Source: Perkinsus chesapeaki ATCC PRA-425
Lineage: Eukaryota; Protista; Perkinsozoa
Assembly (NCBI GenBank): GCA_013115145.1
Contig: JAAPAO010000072.1
Coordinates: 1 to 64,000, forward strand
Direction of reading: 5' to 3'
Length of the DNA stretch: 64,000 nt
Below are positions 63,954-64,000 of the stretch, piece by piece. Below the pieces are notes generated by a model, which was not told where the DNA came from, did no database searches, and saw only the letters and a program-made list of their open reading frames with translations. The translations under genes were made by a program, and so were the position numbers. Every line of letters begins with the position of its first letter. The stretch's first letter is position 1.

Positions 63954-64000
63954 CGGTGACTTGGATCACATTTTTGAAAATTTTAGGAACAAATATTCCA

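Overview
Gene-dense eukaryotic window with many short (about 40-60 nt) GT-AG introns. Gene content and intron style suggest a perkinsozoan alveolate (Perkinsus-like); this is inferred, not database-checked. About 35 protein-coding loci were reconstructed by eye across introns. They include a tandem array of four mosaic Atg22/UMF1-type MFS transporters, a BRWD/PHIP-like chromatin reader, Rab GDI, ACBP, RPL36A, a SMYD-type SET protein, an RlmI-like methyltransferase, a mitochondrial carrier and a DDX42-like helicase. Two ordinary tRNA genes are present (Cys-GCA, Pro-AGG). The most unusual observations are: (1) an 82-nt tRNA with a leucine-type body but a UAU (Ile) anticodon inside an intron of the BRWD gene; (2) a shared tRNA-3'-half-like sequence in short introns of unrelated genes; (3) a tandem pair of XRCC4/PAXX-like paralogs; (4) a recurring AGCGGAGCGAAGC motif in promoters and introns; (5) two distant paralogous secreted proteins sharing an identical 15-mer at the same upstream distance; (6) a perfect 32-bp inverted repeat. 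Ends of multi-exon genes are approximate unless stated.
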